24,000 nt of DNA from Spirochaetia bacterium (GCA_963662265.2 CAXXHA010000036.1:14247-38246); one strand, 5' to 3'; numbered from the stretch's first letter, positions 1 through 9,894 are shown. A program made the numbers and translations. Notes: generated from the letters alone by a model not told the origin.

Positions 1-1
1 G

Positions 2-334
2 GTAAGGGGAGAGGTTAAGGAAAGTACTCTGAACCCCTCAATATTCCCCTCTGTATATTCAACTGATATGGAGGAGATTGTTTCAGCCGAAATGGTCAGC
101 CCTGATGTGCTTGTGAAATGGGGAACTGCGGCTTTTACAGATATTGATGATGACCCTGTGATCACCGAGAGAGCAGGGGACAACCCCCTTTATACAATGG
201 CAGAAGAAATATACGGAAGGAACAGGACAGATGTCATTATTCCTTCCGATGCGGCCGACCTTCTTTTCTACAAAAAACTCAATCAAGACCTGATCAGGGA
301 AGGCCGGTTTGTGATTATTACAGACCTGCCATAA
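2..334 (+). CDS. 3' end of a protein of unknown function (5' truncated by window edge)
   Basis: Frame 2 is open from base 2 through the ORF-track start at 68 (VRGEVKESTLNPSIFPSVYSTDMEEIV...) to TAA at 332-334; the ORF-track ATG is probably internal. Confidence 0.6.
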   Translation, partial: VRGEVKESTLNPSIFPSVYSTDMEEIVSAEMVSPDVLVKWGTAAFTDIDDDPVITERAGDNPLYTMAEEIYGRNRTDVIIPSDAADLLFYKKLNQDLIREGRFVIITDLP

Positions 335-1544
335 TAAGAGCCATTATTACAGCATCCCCGGTAAGATTCTCCATTTTGCAGTATTCATTCGGCATATGGG
401 CAGTTTCATCTATTCTTGCCCAGACTGCAGCATCAATACCCGCATTTCTCAGGTAAGCTGCAACAGTCCCCCCCCCGATACCAATAAGCTGAGGTTCTGT
501 TTTGTAGACTTCCTTTATTTTTTCCTCAAGTTTTTTAACAAGCAGGCATTCTGCAGGTGTTGCTTTTGATTCTGTTCTCTGAACATGTTCATACCTGACT
601 TTTACTTTATATTTATGCTCTATTTCAGAAATAATTTTGTCTATTTCCGGGTATATCCTGTTCAGTCCTGTCGAAGGCAGTACTCTGCAGTCAAGGTAGA
701 AAACATCCTCTCCAGGCAGTGTGTTTATATTGGGGACATTTGCCTCTTTCTGTGTCGGGGTAATTGTGGAATAGGGGGGATCAAATATTGGATCATGATC
801 GTTGAGTATTTTTTCTATTTCCGAGAGCCTCACAACCATGTCGGATGCTGCTGTGAATGCATTGTTTCCCAGGTCAGGACGGGATGCATGGCACTGACGT
901 CCGGTTGTTGTGAATTTCAGCCATGCAATACTCTTTTCCGCTATTTCTATTGTTTTCCCATCAGGATCCCCGGAATCCGGAACAAGCACAAAATCCTCTT
1001 TATTGAAAAGATTGTGGTTTTCAAGAAGATATGTGATCCCATAGTCAGATCCCACCTCTTCGTCTGCTACAAAAAGCAGTTTAACTGTATGTTCAGGTAT
1101 AATATTATTTTTCATCAGTGAGAGAGCTGCAAAAACAGATGATGTGAGGCCCTGCTGGTTGTCTTCAACACCTCTTCCGTAAAGCTTTCCATCCTTATAT
1201 TCAACCTTGTAGGGATCAGTTTCCCAGAGTGAAATTTCCCCGGGAGGAACAACATCAAGATGAGCCATTATCCAGAAAGTTCTTTCAGATTTCTCACCGG
1301 GAATTGTCACTACAATATTCGGCCTTTCCCCGGATGTTACCCTCCTGTCAGGGGCATTGAAGCATTCGATATTTTCAAAACCCATTGATTTGAGCTGTTT
1401 AATCAGGGCTTCTGCTTTTAGAGATTCCCCGTCCCCTTCAGAATCAGGTGAAATTGCAGGGAAAGATGTAAGAAGTGTCTGGAATTCAACAATCTCATTT
1501 TCCCTTTCCTTTATATAAGATTCAATTATTTCTTTTTTATCCAT
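318..1544 (-). CDS. M20 family metallopeptidase / amidohydrolase (Sapep/ArgE-DapE-like)
   Basis: 408 aa; M20 motifs AHLDVVPPG, YGRGVEDNQQG, ADEEVGS and a C-terminal HMPNEY segment. Confidence 0.9.
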   Translation of the reverse strand: MDKKEIIESYIKERENEIVEFQTLLTSFPAISPDSEGDGESLKAEALIKQLKSMGFENIECFNAPDRRVTSGERPNIVVTIPGEKSERTFWIMAHLDVVPPGEISLWETDPYKVEYKDGKLYGRGVEDNQQGLTSSVFAALSLMKNNIIPEHTVKLLFVADEEVGSDYGITYLLENHNLFNKEDFVLVPDSGDPDGKTIEIAEKSIAWLKFTTTGRQCHASRPDLGNNAFTAASDMVVRLSEIEKILNDHDPIFDPPYSTITPTQKEANVPNINTLPGEDVFYLDCRVLPSTGLNRIYPEIDKIISEIEHKYKVKVRYEHVQRTESKATPAECLLVKKLEEKIKEVYKTEPQLIGIGGGTVAAYLRNAGIDAAVWARIDETAHMPNEYCKMENLTGDAVIMALIMAGL

Positions 1545-1805
1545 TATTAAAACTCCTTAATTTAGCTTTCGGAAAACTCCATGATTATCAGGTAAAACCT
1601 TGTTTCCTTCCGATTTCACTGCTGTCCCGTGGACATTCATTGTAATCTAAGTTTTCACAGAATCAGGCCAATAACGTAAAGTTTTTGTTTTCCATTTCTG
1701 AAAAATACCCGGTGCATAAAAATAGGTTTTTTAAGATGCCCTGTAATCATTGATTTATAACTTCTTTTTGTGCAATATTATACACATAATTCCCGGAGGT
1801 TTAAA

Positions 1806-3221
1806 TTGAAATCAAGGTTCAAACTGATATTACTGATATTATTTATTGTTATTTTAGCTGTTTCCTGTTCCGGAAAACGGAAAGGGTATGTTGTTATGCT
1901 CTGGCCTCCGGAAGATGTAAAAGCTGAGACAGCTGAAGTTGTCAGAGTTATTTCACTTTCAGATATACGTGATGTCTATGTTATAGAGAAAAAAGAAGAT
2001 AAATACCGGGCAGAAATTCCCAAGTCATCAGGACGTTTTTTCAGGAAGAAAAAAGAAGCTGAAAATTTTGCCGCTGAATTTGAGGAATTTAAAAATACAT
2101 TCGGCTATTCGGAGAAGAGTATCCCGGTAAGGGCTGAACCTGATACTTCATCTGCAAGGGTTTATAAACTCAGGCCCAGCCAGATGATTAAAATCATTGA
2201 AAAAGGTGAAAAGGCGGTAGCTGTCGGCAATCTTACAGGATTCTGGTACAGGGTCCTGACTGATGATGGTTATGAAGGTTACTGCTTTGACAAGTATCTT
2301 AAATTCTTCGAAATGGACAGCGAAAACCTTGCCAGAAACAGCGAAAAGGACTGGCTCAACGATCTTTTCAACAATAAATGGTATCCTGCCAGGTTCAGGG
2401 AAATTATTGACAGCGGAAGAATAATTATCAGTCAGATAAAGACAGGCGAGGGACTTTTTACAGATCCTGAAAAGAAACAGTTTGTTATCCAGACTGAAGA
2501 TGACAGAATAGAGTTTTACTACGAGGAAATTACCAGGATAGATGAGAGGAGATATTTCTTTGAAGGTACACCTGTTGAGATCAATTTTTATCCCAACAAT
2601 TCTGTAAATGTTAAATTTGTATATAACGGAATTGATTACAGCAGTTTTTATACACTCCTTGATTTATCTATTGATGAATATGTGAATACTGAAATTGCAA
2701 GAAGAGATAGTGTTTACAGCGAACTTTATGAAAAGGGCGGGTATCTTTCGAGTGATCTTTACGGATCTATTGCACTTAAAGATAACAGGAAATTCATCTG
2801 GACAGGGTATGTTAACCTTGTTCCTGATATCATCCCTTTCGGATACGGTATTACAGGGCATGTGGAAAATCATTATTATCTCTCAGGCCGCCTTGCCAGA
2901 AGCTACAACGGGATACTCAGTTTCGTGTTTGACAGGAATTCCGAAGAGGTTAATTTTGTTTACTACATGACTGATGAAGAGGGACTCGAGCTTATATACC
3001 TTCCAAAGTCGTTTATTGAAGATGATCTTGTGGATGAGCTTCCGGAAGCCAAGGAAATCTATTATTTCAGGCAGGGGATGACTCTTGAGGAGAGTCAGGG
3101 AATAGAGAAGTTTGATGAAGCTGCAGGAGAGGATGCGGGGATGGATGATGAAATTGAAATACAGCCGGTTCTGCCTGGGACTTCCTCATCTGAGACTTCT
3201 GGTTCGGGAACGGAGTTTTAA
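1806..3221 (+). CDS. Lipoprotein with bacterial SH3 (SH3b) domain
   Basis: The ORF track starts at 1770, but a TTG at 1806 lies 5 nt after GGAGGT (1795-1800) and gives MKSRFKLILLILFIVILAVSC, a lipoprotein signal peptide. SH3b-like segment: SIPVRAEPDTSSARVYKLRPSQMIKIIEKG...GFWYRVLTDDGYEGYCFDKYL. Confidence 0.75.
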   Translation: MKSRFKLILLILFIVILAVSCSGKRKGYVVMLWPPEDVKAETAEVVRVISLSDIRDVYVIEKKEDKYRAEIPKSSGRFFRKKKEAENFAAEFEEFKNTFGYSEKSIPVRAEPDTSSARVYKLRPSQMIKIIEKGEKAVAVGNLTGFWYRVLTDDGYEGYCFDKYLKFFEMDSENLARNSEKDWLNDLFNNKWYPARFREIIDSGRIIISQIKTGEGLFTDPEKKQFVIQTEDDRIEFYYEEITRIDERRYFFEGTPVEINFYPNNSVNVKFVYNGIDYSSFYTLLDLSIDEYVNTEIARRDSVYSELYEKGGYLSSDLYGSIALKDNRKFIWTGYVNLVPDIIPFGYGITGHVENHYYLSGRLARSYNGILSFVFDRNSEEVNFVYYMTDEEGLELIYLPKSFIEDDLVDELPEAKEIYYFRQGMTLEESQGIEKFDEAAGEDAGMDDEIEIQPVLPGTSSSETSGSGTEF

Positions 3222-5164
3222 TGGCTTTTCTTCATCTTGCAGGCGTTTCAACCGCTTTCGGCGACAGGGATATTCTTAAAAATATAAATCTCAACATATC
3301 AGACAGTTCCAGAATTGCTCTTTCAGGGGCAAACGGCAGCGGGAAATCAACGCTGCTTAAAATTGCCGCAGGCATAACAAAACCGGATTCAGGTACAGTA
3401 TCTCAGCAGCGTGGGAGCCGTGTTTCATACCTTCCCCAGTCGGGGCTGACATATTCCGGCGCTTCTCTTTACGCGGAAGCTGAAAAAGCGTTTTCAATAT
3501 TTGATTCAGTACTTGAAAGGATATCAGCGCTTGAAAAAGAGCTTGCTTCTGTGACTGATGATTCTGAGAATACACGCAGCAGTATTGAGGAGCACCATCA
3601 TCTCCAGGAGAAACTCCTTTCAAGCGGATATTATGAGAGGGACAGGGAGATATACAAGATTCTTAACGGTCTGGGTTTTTCCGAAAATGATTTAACCCGA
3701 ATGACTGATGAGTTTTCCGGCGGATGGCAGATGAGGATTGCACTTGCCAGGGTTCTGCTTGAAAAACCTGATATCCTGTTTCTTGATGAGCCTACAAACT
3801 ACCTCGATATTGAGGCCAGGTACTGGCTTGAGGATTTTATTTCCAGCTACCCCGGCGGTGTTGTTATAGTCTCTCATGACCGGTTTTTTCTCGATTCAAC
3901 AGTAAATGAAATTATTGAGCTGTTTAACGGAGATCTCAAGAAATACAGAGGTAATTATTCAGATTATGAAAAACTGCGCTCCCAGGAACTTGAAGAGCTT
4001 GTAAAGAGGTACAGGCAGCAGGAAGAGGAAATTGCCAAAGTTGAATACTTTATCCGCAAATTCCGTTTCAATGCATCAAAAGCATCTCTTGTCCAGAGCA
4101 GGGTCAAGTATCTTGAGACAATAGACAGGATTGAAATTCCTGAAAGCCTTAAAAAAATACATTTTACTTTTCCATCGCCTCCCCATTCAGGTAAAGAGGT
4201 CCTCATGATTGATGATCTTTCAAAGTCTTACGGGGAACTTAAAGTTCTTGATAGAGTAAGCCTTAATATCAGGAAGGGGGAAAAGGTAGTTTTTGCAGGT
4301 AAAAACGGCGCAGGAAAGACTACACTTCTGAAAATAGTTTCAGCTCATGATGATGATTATGAAGGTGATGTAAGGACAGGAACAGATGTAAGGCGGGGAT
4401 ATTTTTCCCAGGATTTTGAATCAACCCTGTCTGATGAGAACAATGTTCTTGAAGAGATAGAATCCTCTTCTCCAACAGAAATGATTCCCCAGCTCCGGAA
4501 CCTTCTTGGGGCTTTTCTCTTCAGGGGGGATGATATATTCAAGAAAGTCTCTGTTCTTTCAGGGGGGGAGAAAAACAGGGTGGCTCTTCTTAAGCTTCTT
4601 CTGAAGCCTGTGAACCTCCTGATTCTTGATGAGCCGACAAACCATCTTGATATCAATTCAAAGGATATCCTTCTCGAAGCTCTTCAGAGTTATTCAGGAA
4701 CACTCCTGTTTGTTTCTCATGACAGATATTTCATTGAGAACCTTGCAACCCGGGTCATAGAGATTTCAGACGGCGGAATCAGGGATTTTCCCGGTGATTA
4801 TGAATATTACCTGTGGCGAAAGGCTGAAGGTGAAAAAACTGATTCTGCTTCAGGTGATTCAGAGCAGGGCATACAGATGGAAGAAAAGGTTGTATCTTCT
4901 GTTAAACTGGACCGTGAGCAGTCAAAGGCGCTCAAGAGGGAAAGAAAAAAACTGGAGAAAAAATCAGAACAACTGCTTCATCAGCTTGAAGAACTTGAAA
5001 CAGAAGCATCAGAACTGGAACATGATATGAGCCAGAGGGAAAATTATTCAGACGGGGAAAAAATCAGGAAAATCAAGGAAAAACTCGACAGGAATAAGGA
5101 AAAGCAGCATGAAATCTCTCTTGAGTGGGAAGAAACCGAAACCGCCCTTTCTGAACTGGATTAA
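3221..5164 (+). CDS. ABC-F family ATP-binding protein with C-terminal coiled coil
   Basis: 647 aa; two ABC domains (Walker A GANGSGKST and AGKNGAGKTT; signatures FSGGWQMR and LSGGEKNR), an ABC-F interdomain linker, no transmembrane segments, and a charged coiled-coil tail. Starts in a TAATG overlap with the upstream gene. Confidence 0.93.
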   Translation: MAFLHLAGVSTAFGDRDILKNINLNISDSSRIALSGANGSGKSTLLKIAAGITKPDSGTVSQQRGSRVSYLPQSGLTYSGASLYAEAEKAFSIFDSVLERISALEKELASVTDDSENTRSSIEEHHHLQEKLLSSGYYERDREIYKILNGLGFSENDLTRMTDEFSGGWQMRIALARVLLEKPDILFLDEPTNYLDIEARYWLEDFISSYPGGVVIVSHDRFFLDSTVNEIIELFNGDLKKYRGNYSDYEKLRSQELEELVKRYRQQEEEIAKVEYFIRKFRFNASKASLVQSRVKYLETIDRIEIPESLKKIHFTFPSPPHSGKEVLMIDDLSKSYGELKVLDRVSLNIRKGEKVVFAGKNGAGKTTLLKIVSAHDDDYEGDVRTGTDVRRGYFSQDFESTLSDENNVLEEIESSSPTEMIPQLRNLLGAFLFRGDDIFKKVSVLSGGEKNRVALLKLLLKPVNLLILDEPTNHLDINSKDILLEALQSYSGTLLFVSHDRYFIENLATRVIEISDGGIRDFPGDYEYYLWRKAEGEKTDSASGDSEQGIQMEEKVVSSVKLDREQSKALKRERKKLEKKSEQLLHQLEELETEASELEHDMSQRENYSDGEKIRKIKEKLDRNKEKQHEISLEWEETETALSELD

Positions 5165-5331
5165 AATTTTCTGCAATTTCAGGCAGGCATATTAAATAAT
5201 GAAGGTGGGGATTGGACCTTCAGCACTTGAGCGGGATAGATCCTGATATTATTGCATGCAGCTTAAAATATCCTGCTGAAGCTTTATATAAAAATATTTA
5301 TTTTCTGAACTGTATTAAAAAAGGGAAAACT

Positions 5332-5925
5332 ATGAAGTTGAAAATCAAGTACAATGCACCTGTTACACTCTCTTTTGCTCTGCTTTCCGCTCTTGTTCTG
5401 TTTATTGATCCTGTATTCGGCAGGAAGATAACAATGCTGTGGTTTTCTGTTCCCGGCTGGGGAGCAATGAATTTCTCAGATCCTTTTCAGTATATAAGGC
5501 TTTTTACCCATGCGGCAGGCCATGCAAACTGGAATCATCTGGTGAGCAACTTTACCTTTATCCTTCTGCTCGGTCCCATACTTGAAGAAAAATACAGAAA
5601 ATTCCCGTTTCTGATGATGATACTTATTACTGCTGCTGTTACAGGTCTTGTTAACCTGTTTCTTTCTCCATATCCGCTTCTCGGAGCCAGCGGTGTTGTA
5701 TTCATGATGATAATACTTATCTCAATTACAAATATAAAAGAGGGTGAAATACCCCTCACCTTTATTCTGATTGTTGTGCTGTTTCTCCTCAAGGAATTTG
5801 TTTATTCGCCTGAAGACGGCATATCCCAGGCTGCCCACATAGCAGGGGGAATATGCGGGAGTTTTTTCGGATTTTTCAGCAGGAAGAATAACGGGAAAGA
5901 AAATCTCTCTCCTGATAATGAATAA
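5332..5925 (+). CDS. Rhomboid family intramembrane serine protease
   Basis: Multiple hydrophobic helices, catalytic-Ser motif LLGASG, HLVSN segment and C-terminal AHIAGG with His. The ORF track starts at TTG 5212; the internal ATG at 5332 (MKLKIKYNAPVTLS) is a more typical N-terminus. Confidence 0.8.
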   Translation: MKLKIKYNAPVTLSFALLSALVLFIDPVFGRKITMLWFSVPGWGAMNFSDPFQYIRLFTHAAGHANWNHLVSNFTFILLLGPILEEKYRKFPFLMMILITAAVTGLVNLFLSPYPLLGASGVVFMMIILISITNIKEGEIPLTFILIVVLFLLKEFVYSPEDGISQAAHIAGGICGSFFGFFSRKNNGKENLSPDNE

Positions 5926-6028
5926 GTTATTATTTATTAAAAAATATTAAGTCTTTATTTATTTTTGCACTATATCATACATAAATTAACAGTAAAATAC
6001 GTAAATTATGTGTTATTATACAAAAATA

Positions 6029-6146
6029 TATATAAAAATGTATCAAAATTATTCAAAAGTGTTGGATTGAAATATTCTTGATAAGAAAATGTATTGTATT
6101 TATTAAAAAATAAGCAGTTGTTTTGTATAAGTATATAAAAATGTAT
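6029..6146. repeat. 15-nt direct repeat TATATAAAAATGTAT in an AT-rich intergenic region
   Basis: Exact copies at 6029-6043 and 6132-6146. Confidence 0.75.
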
Positions 6147-6373
6147 TAAAACCATAGAAAAATCAAAAGGTGTATGAAAAAAAACATTGAAAAAAGCTCT
6201 TTTTTGATCTTTTCCTCTATAAATTATATTTATTTAAATTATTTTTCTGATAAAATGTGCTCATTCTTGGACAATAAAAGCTGAAAACAGGCTTGTTTAT
6301 GTTGTCTGTAAGGCATAATCAATACGAAAGAGTATAAAATCGGCCTTACGGCTTCAGCTGCAGGAGAATTTAC

Positions 6374-9300
6374 ATGGCAATCAGAAAAATTAACAAAATC
6401 ATGTCTGCTAACAGGGGAGAAATAGCAATCAGGACCTTCAGGGCCTGTATGGAACTGGGGATAAAAACTGTGGCTATTTATTCGAAAGAAGACAGACTTT
6501 CGCTGTACAGAACGAAAGCTGATGAAGCATATAGAGTAGGTAAGGGCAAAAGCCCGATAGATGCATATCTCGGAATTGATGAGATTATTGATCTTGCAAA
6601 GAGAAAAGGGGTTGATGCGATTCATCCGGGTTACGGATTTTTATCTGAAAACCCTGAGTTTTCTGAAAAATGTGAAAAAGAAGGTATTATTTTTATCGGC
6701 CCGACTGCAGTGCAGCAGAGAACTCTCGGGGATAAGGTTTCGGCAAGGGCAGCAGCAATTGCTGCAGGAGTACCTGTAGTGCCGGGAACAGACGATCCTG
6801 TGAAATCAGAGGAAGAAGCTTTTAAGTTTGCAAAGGAAGCAGGATACCCCATTATAATAAAGGCAGCTGCAGGCGGCGGCGGCCGGGGAATGAGGGTTGC
6901 CAACAACCACAAGGAACTTGTTGAAGGGCTTCACAGCGCTGCAAGCGAGGCAAAGGCTGCTTTCGGCGATGATACAGTATTCCTTGAAAAATACCTTAAA
7001 AATCCTAAACATATAGAGATACAGATAATCGGTGATACACACGGAAATATTGTCCATTTCTTTGAAAGGGACTGTTCCATACAGAGAAGACACCAGAAGG
7101 TTGTCGAATTTGCGCCTTCACTTGCTATTTCTGATGAACTCAGGCAGGAACTCTGTGATAATGCAATCAAGATTGCAAAGCAGGTTAACTACAGAAATGC
7201 GGGAACTGTAGAGTTTCTCGTAGACCAGAACGGCGGATACTATTTCATTGAAATGAATCCAAGGCTCCAGGTTGAACATACAGTTACTGAGCTTATTACT
7301 GGACGGGACCTTGTCCAGACTCAGATCAGGGTTGCTGAAGGGTATAAACTTTCCGATCCTGAAATAAATATACCTGACCAGAAAAGTATCAAGAAGAGCG
7401 GTTACGCTATCCAGTGCAGAATTACAACTGAGGATCCCCAGAATAATTTTGCCCCTGACTTCGGAACACTCAAGGCATACAGGTCGCCTGCTGGTTTCGG
7501 CGTAAGACTTGATGCGGGAAATGCTTTTACAGGCGCAAGAATAACATCTTCATATGACTCACTCCTCGTGAAGCTGAGCGGATGGGGGCTTTCTTTCGAG
7601 CATGCTGCCATGGTAATGAAGAGATCGCTTGTAGAGTTCAGGATCAGGGGTGTAAAAACCAATATCCCTTTCCTCCAGAATGTAGTTTCACATCCTGTTT
7701 TTCTTGCAGGGCAGTGTGATACCTCATTTATAGGTGATAATCCCGAACTTATGGAATTCAGGGAAAACAAGGACAGGGCTACAAAGATTCTCGATTATAT
7801 AGGCGACAGGGTAATAAACGGGACTGAAGGGATTGAAAAACCCAGGGGATCACTTATCTTCCCTGAAGCTGATGTTCCTGAAATCAGGCTCAGCGCGGAA
7901 AGAAAAGAGGGAACCCGGGATATATTCAAAAAGCTAGGCCCTGAAAAATTCTCGGATTGGATACTGGATCAGAAAAAACTTCTTGTTACAGATACAACAA
8001 TGCGGGATGCTCACCAGTCTCTCCTTGCAACAAGAATTAGAACATATGATATTCTCCAGATTGCAGAAGCTACATCTCATCTTGCATCAGACATGTTTTC
8101 ATTTGAAATGTGGGGCGGTGCTACATTTGATGTATCAATGAGATTCCTTAAAGAGTGCCCGTGGCAGAGACTTCACAAACTCAGGGAAAATATTCCCAAT
8201 GTCCTATTCCAGATGCTGCTCAGGGCTTCAAATGCTGTAGGCTATACAAACTACCCTGACAATGTTGTTCAGGAATTTGTCAGGGAAGCTGCTGATTCAG
8301 GCATAGACCTCTTCAGAATCTTCGACTCCCTCAACTGGACAAAGGGAATGGCTGTTGCAATGGATGCTGTCAGAAGCAACGGCAAGCTCTGCGAAGCTTC
8401 TATCTGCTATACAGGTGACATAACAGACCCTAAAAGGGATAAGTACCCGCTTGAATACTATGTAAACCTCGGCAGGGAGCTTGAAAACATGGGCGCCAAT
8501 ATACTTGCAATCAAGGATATGGCAGGTCTCCTGAAGCCTTTTGCCGCAACAAAACTTATCAGGGCGCTAAAGGATGAGGTTGGTATTCCTGTACATCTCC
8601 ATACTCATGATACATCAAGCAACGGAGGGGCAACCCTGTTGAGAGCAGCGGAGGCAGGTGTTGATATTGTCGATGCATCACTCTCATCAATCTCAGGTCT
8701 TACCGCGCAGCCCAACCTTAATGCGCTGAATGCGGCTCTTGAAGGTACAGATAGGGATCCTCATCTTGATTCTGTCGGAATACAGAAGCTTGCAAACTAC
8801 TGGGAAACAGTAAGAAGCTACTACAAACCTTTTGAAACAGATTTAAAGAGCGGAACTGCTGAAGTTTACTATCATGAGATTCCTGGCGGGCAGTATTCAA
8901 ACTACAAGCCGCGTGTTGCAGGTGTCGGCCTTCTCGATAAGTGGGAAGAGTGCAAGAAAATGTATCATGATGTAAACGAGGCATTCGGCGATATAATCAA
9001 GGTCACACCTTCTTCAAAGATAGTTGCAGACCTTGCAATATTCCTTGTTCAGAATGAAGTTGCGATTGAGGATTTAATTGAAAAAGCACCTGATCTTGCA
9101 TTTCCGCAGTCAGTTGTAGATTTCTTCAAAGGTATGATAGGTCAGCCTTACCTGGGATTTCCTGCAGAACTTCAGAAAGCAATTCTGAAAGGTGAGGAAG
9201 CAATCACCTGCAGGCCCGGAGAGCTGCTTGAGCCTTTTGATTTTGAAAAGGAAAGAAAGGATCTTGAGGAAAAACTGGGACATGAAGTGGATGACAAGGA

Positions 9301-9820
9301 GCTTCTTTCCTATGCTCTCTATCCGAATGTGTATCTTGATTATGATAAACACAGGACACAGTATTCAGATACTTCTGTTATTCCTACACCTACATACTTT
9401 TACGGTCTTGAACCGGGAGATGAGGTTTCTGTTGATATAGATACCGGAAAGACTCTTATTATCAAGCTTGTTGCTGTGGGAAGTGTTCACCATGACGGAA
9501 CACGGCATCTCTACTTCGAACTCAATGGTCTTTCAAGGCAGGTTACTGTAAGGGACAATACTGTTGAAGGTGATTTTGCAGTAAGGGAAAAAGCTGACAA
9601 GTTTAACAAACACCATGTAGGGGCACCAATGCCGGGCAAGGTATTTAAAGTGCTTGTCAAACCGGGCGATGATGTTGATTCAGGCGATGTGCTTGTTGTA
9701 ACAGAAGCAATGAAGATGGAAACAAATATCAAGGCTTCGATTGCCGGAAAGGTTAAGGAAGTTCTGTTTGATATTGGAGACCAGGTGGAAAAAGATGACC
9801 TCCTTTTGGAGCTTGAATAG
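6374..9820 (+). CDS. pyc: Pyruvate carboxylase (biotin carboxylase - carboxyltransferase - BCCP, single chain)
   Basis: 1148 aa; N-terminal SANRGEIAIRTFRA, ATP-grasp GGGGRGM, ERDCSIQRRHQK, MNPRLQVEHTVTE; carboxyltransferase TDTTMRDAHQSLLATR and HLHTHDTSSNG; C-terminal biotinyl motif EAMKMET. AGGAG at 6362-6366. Confidence 0.97.
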   Translation: MAIRKINKIMSANRGEIAIRTFRACMELGIKTVAIYSKEDRLSLYRTKADEAYRVGKGKSPIDAYLGIDEIIDLAKRKGVDAIHPGYGFLSENPEFSEKCEKEGIIFIGPTAVQQRTLGDKVSARAAAIAAGVPVVPGTDDPVKSEEEAFKFAKEAGYPIIIKAAAGGGGRGMRVANNHKELVEGLHSAASEAKAAFGDDTVFLEKYLKNPKHIEIQIIGDTHGNIVHFFERDCSIQRRHQKVVEFAPSLAISDELRQELCDNAIKIAKQVNYRNAGTVEFLVDQNGGYYFIEMNPRLQVEHTVTELITGRDLVQTQIRVAEGYKLSDPEINIPDQKSIKKSGYAIQCRITTEDPQNNFAPDFGTLKAYRSPAGFGVRLDAGNAFTGARITSSYDSLLVKLSGWGLSFEHAAMVMKRSLVEFRIRGVKTNIPFLQNVVSHPVFLAGQCDTSFIGDNPELMEFRENKDRATKILDYIGDRVINGTEGIEKPRGSLIFPEADVPEIRLSAERKEGTRDIFKKLGPEKFSDWILDQKKLLVTDTTMRDAHQSLLATRIRTYDILQIAEATSHLASDMFSFEMWGGATFDVSMRFLKECPWQRLHKLRENIPNVLFQMLLRASNAVGYTNYPDNVVQEFVREAADSGIDLFRIFDSLNWTKGMAVAMDAVRSNGKLCEASICYTGDITDPKRDKYPLEYYVNLGRELENMGANILAIKDMAGLLKPFAATKLIRALKDEVGIPVHLHTHDTSSNGGATLLRAAEAGVDIVDASLSSISGLTAQPNLNALNAALEGTDRDPHLDSVGIQKLANYWETVRSYYKPFETDLKSGTAEVYYHEIPGGQYSNYKPRVAGVGLLDKWEECKKMYHDVNEAFGDIIKVTPSSKIVADLAIFLVQNEVAIEDLIEKAPDLAFPQSVVDFFKGMIGQPYLGFPAELQKAILKGEEAITCRPGELLEPFDFEKERKDLEEKLGHEVDDKELLSYALYPNVYLDYDKHRTQYSDTSVIPTPTYFYGLEPGDEVSVDIDTGKTLIIKLVAVGSVHHDGTRHLYFELNGLSRQVTVRDNTVEGDFAVREKADKFNKHHVGAPMPGKVFKVLVKPGDDVDSGDVLVVTEAMKMETNIKASIAGKVKEVLFDIGDQVEKDDLLLELE

Positions 9821-9847
9821 GCTTTTCTGAATATTTTCAATTTTGCT

Positions 9848-9894
9848 GGCAGAACAGACAGTGTGGGGATAATGTCTGTTCTGCCTCTTTTTTT
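9848..9894 (+). terminator. Rho-independent terminator downstream of pyc
   Basis: Perfect 13-bp stem GGCAGAACAGACA (9848-9860) / TGTCTGTTCTGCC (9873-9885), 12-nt loop, then TCTTTTTTT. Confidence 0.93.

Noticed and set aside
585-1121. 178-aa plus-strand ORF
   Set aside because: Lies fully antisense to the clearly coding M20 peptidase; Cys/Phe-rich low-plausibility protein with no SD, typical shadow ORF.
5200-5222. Stem-loop TGAAGGT/ACCTTCA after the ABC-F gene
   Set aside because: Only a 7-bp stem with a 9-nt loop and no T-tract, so not supportable as a terminator. It does argue mildly against the TTG 5212 start of the rhomboid ORF.
6190-6205. AAAAAAGCTCTTTTTT hairpin-like element
   Set aside because: Loop of 2-4 nt and nearly pure A/T stem; likely a composition artefact in AT-rich DNA, not a real terminator.
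6239-6625. 128-aa minus-strand ORF covering the pyc leader and start
   Set aside because: Overlaps the pyc N-terminus antisense and has no recognisable motif or good SD.
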